A DNA stretch of 64,000 nt. Source: Vicugna vicugna. Its lineage: Eukaryota. The first letter of the stretch is position 1; the number at the start of each line of letters is the position of its first letter. Positions 62,241 through 64,000 of this stretch are shown in pieces. The notes beneath the pieces were generated by a model, which was given only the letters and a program-made list of their open reading frames with translations, was not told the DNA's origin and ran no database searches. The DNA is taken from the NCBI GenBank assembly GCA_013265495.1, contig MU058384.1, forward strand, positions 5,452,792 to 5,516,791, read 5' to 3'. The position numbers and the translations under genes are program-made.

Positions 62241-64000
62241 CTAGTTTAGTGTTTAACTTCCCTTCGTGATCCCTTACACAGATCAAAATGGATTTTCTTA
62301 CTGCTTTTCTTCCATGACTCTTTTATCTGTAGAGGTGTTCCATGGAGAGCTCTCAGCACATTGCCCAGCTCATGGTGACCAGGAGGTAGAGACGGAGGGT
62401 TGGATGTTACTGTTGTACTGAAGATTAAATGAGATAAAGTGTGTGAAATCTGCTTTGTAAGTTATACTAGAGTACACATATCCATGCATATAATATTATA
62501 TGCATATGTTACTATATACATATATTATTATTATTACTGTTTATGTCTTCCTAGGCATTTAGGAAGGCTTCAAAAAGGAAACTCTTGAAACTTACTTAGA
62601 GTATCTGAGAAAAAAAAAGATTGCTACCAACAAAAAATGTGGTAATAAATTGTAAGAGAAAAAAACAGAGGAAGGAATATACACAGAAAGAAAAAAACAT
62701 TTTAAAATAGAGTAAGAAACTACTTGGGGAAAGAAAAAAAAAAAAGAAAGTACTTGGAGCATGCTGAACCTCGGGGAAGTGCTCAAATGTAACTGAAGTT
62801 CAATGATAGAGAGAGATACATGCCTTGCCTCCAAAATGTCCCCAAATGGCACATAAATAAATAAGTAAACATAAGCTTAGAATTTCTCATTTTCTTTTCT
62901 CAGAAGAATTCTTGTAGTTGAATTTGAGCCTGCCTGAGATGTTGAGCACTTCAGAGGAACCACACAGATTGCCGCCTGTGCTGTGAAGTACCCTGACCGG
63001 ACCAGGTCAGAGAGCATCCTTCATGTCCTGAAAACAAGGAGGCATTTCTCAGCAGGATCCTTTGCCAACTTCCCCCAGCCTGATAAGGGAGTGTAACACA
63101 GACTGCCTCACTGCCTGGTTATTTTCATCTCTTAATGTTTACTAGTCTCTGCACCCCATCTCTCTTTCCATAATTCTGTATTGCTAGTTGTAATCAAATC
63201 CTACCTTGGAAATCTCAGACTCGGGCAGAAAGAGCACGCTCGTTCCAGCAGCTGCTGCCCTGGGCTCTTTTGCTGTGTCACCAAGTGAGGAAGGCTTAGA
63301 CATTAGGTTGAATGACCAGAGCCTTTGCCATCAAACAAACACCGTCAAACACTAGCGTCAATAAGTGACATGATTACTCAATCTAGTCAATTATTCTGAA
63401 GAAGAACGAAGTAAACATCAACTTATTACAAGCGCATGTCTATGTGTACATTGGAGTAACTTTGTATAAAGGTCTAAGGGGCTCGAAAGACATTTTTCTC
63501 ATCTATTTGAGTCTGAAAAAGAGAAAACAAAAGAAAGCTTAATGTTGCTGACAGGTCCACAAATGTCATGCATCTCATAGGAAATTCAGATTCACATTAT
63601 TATTCTGACCTACCATGGACTGTAGCCCAAAATGGGACTGAACTTGAACCAGAATCTGGATCAGGTAACACCTGGTATGCTCACTTAGCTTGCTGGGACA
63701 TAGCTGCCCATGCTTCACTGATCCAAACCAAAATGCCCACTTAAGAAATTCATAAATCTTAGCCCCCTCTGGGAGCTTATAAATCTTTTAATCTTATTAT
63801 ACAACGCAACACCCACCAGGCACCAAATACTTGGAGGGTTCATTTAAACAGTATTGAGAAACAAAATTCAACATGCTACTCTAGAAATTCCCACTCTGAT
63901 TTCTTTAAGGGCAATTTTCAAATTGCTGGGGAACAAGTGCTTTTCCCCTTTCTTGAGCCTTTCAAGAAGCTTGAAAGCAAAAGACATTTTTTCCTGTGAC

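Noticed and set aside
1..64000. AP-1 (TGASTCA) enrichment, and prokaryotic-type systems such as CRISPR arrays or operons
   Set aside because: About a dozen AP-1 sites were noticed, close to a rough chance expectation for 64 kb. The DNA is mammalian, with no repeat-spacer array or long ORFs.

Overview
AT-rich mammalian genomic DNA, most likely a camelid (alpaca/llama/camel), inferred from six tRNA-Ala-derived vic-1-type SINEs and artiodactyl-style L1 3' ends. I recognise no protein-coding exon, RNA gene or CpG island, so the window looks intergenic or deep intronic. The ORF track appears to be chance ORFs or decayed transposon frames. A large part of the window is transposon relics: a deleted ERVL provirus (6.6-10.6 kb), two MER41-like solo LTRs, a ~9 kb nested L1 block (40.9-50.1 kb), hAT DNA transposons (MER45, MER58/Cheshire, Charlie1, MER5), L2 and MIR. 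The most notable structures are (1) a ~1 kb polyadenylated, TSD-flanked orphan retrocopy that splits a MER58A nested in an L1, (2) a MER41-like LTR with clustered CArG, GAS and NF-kB motifs that its neighbouring sister LTR lacks, (3) a tiny L1-retroposed, polyadenylated piece of an LTR transcript, and (4) several motif-level promoter/enhancer and exon candidates. Repeat family names and boundaries come from recognition by eye and are approximate. I found no new multi-gene system.
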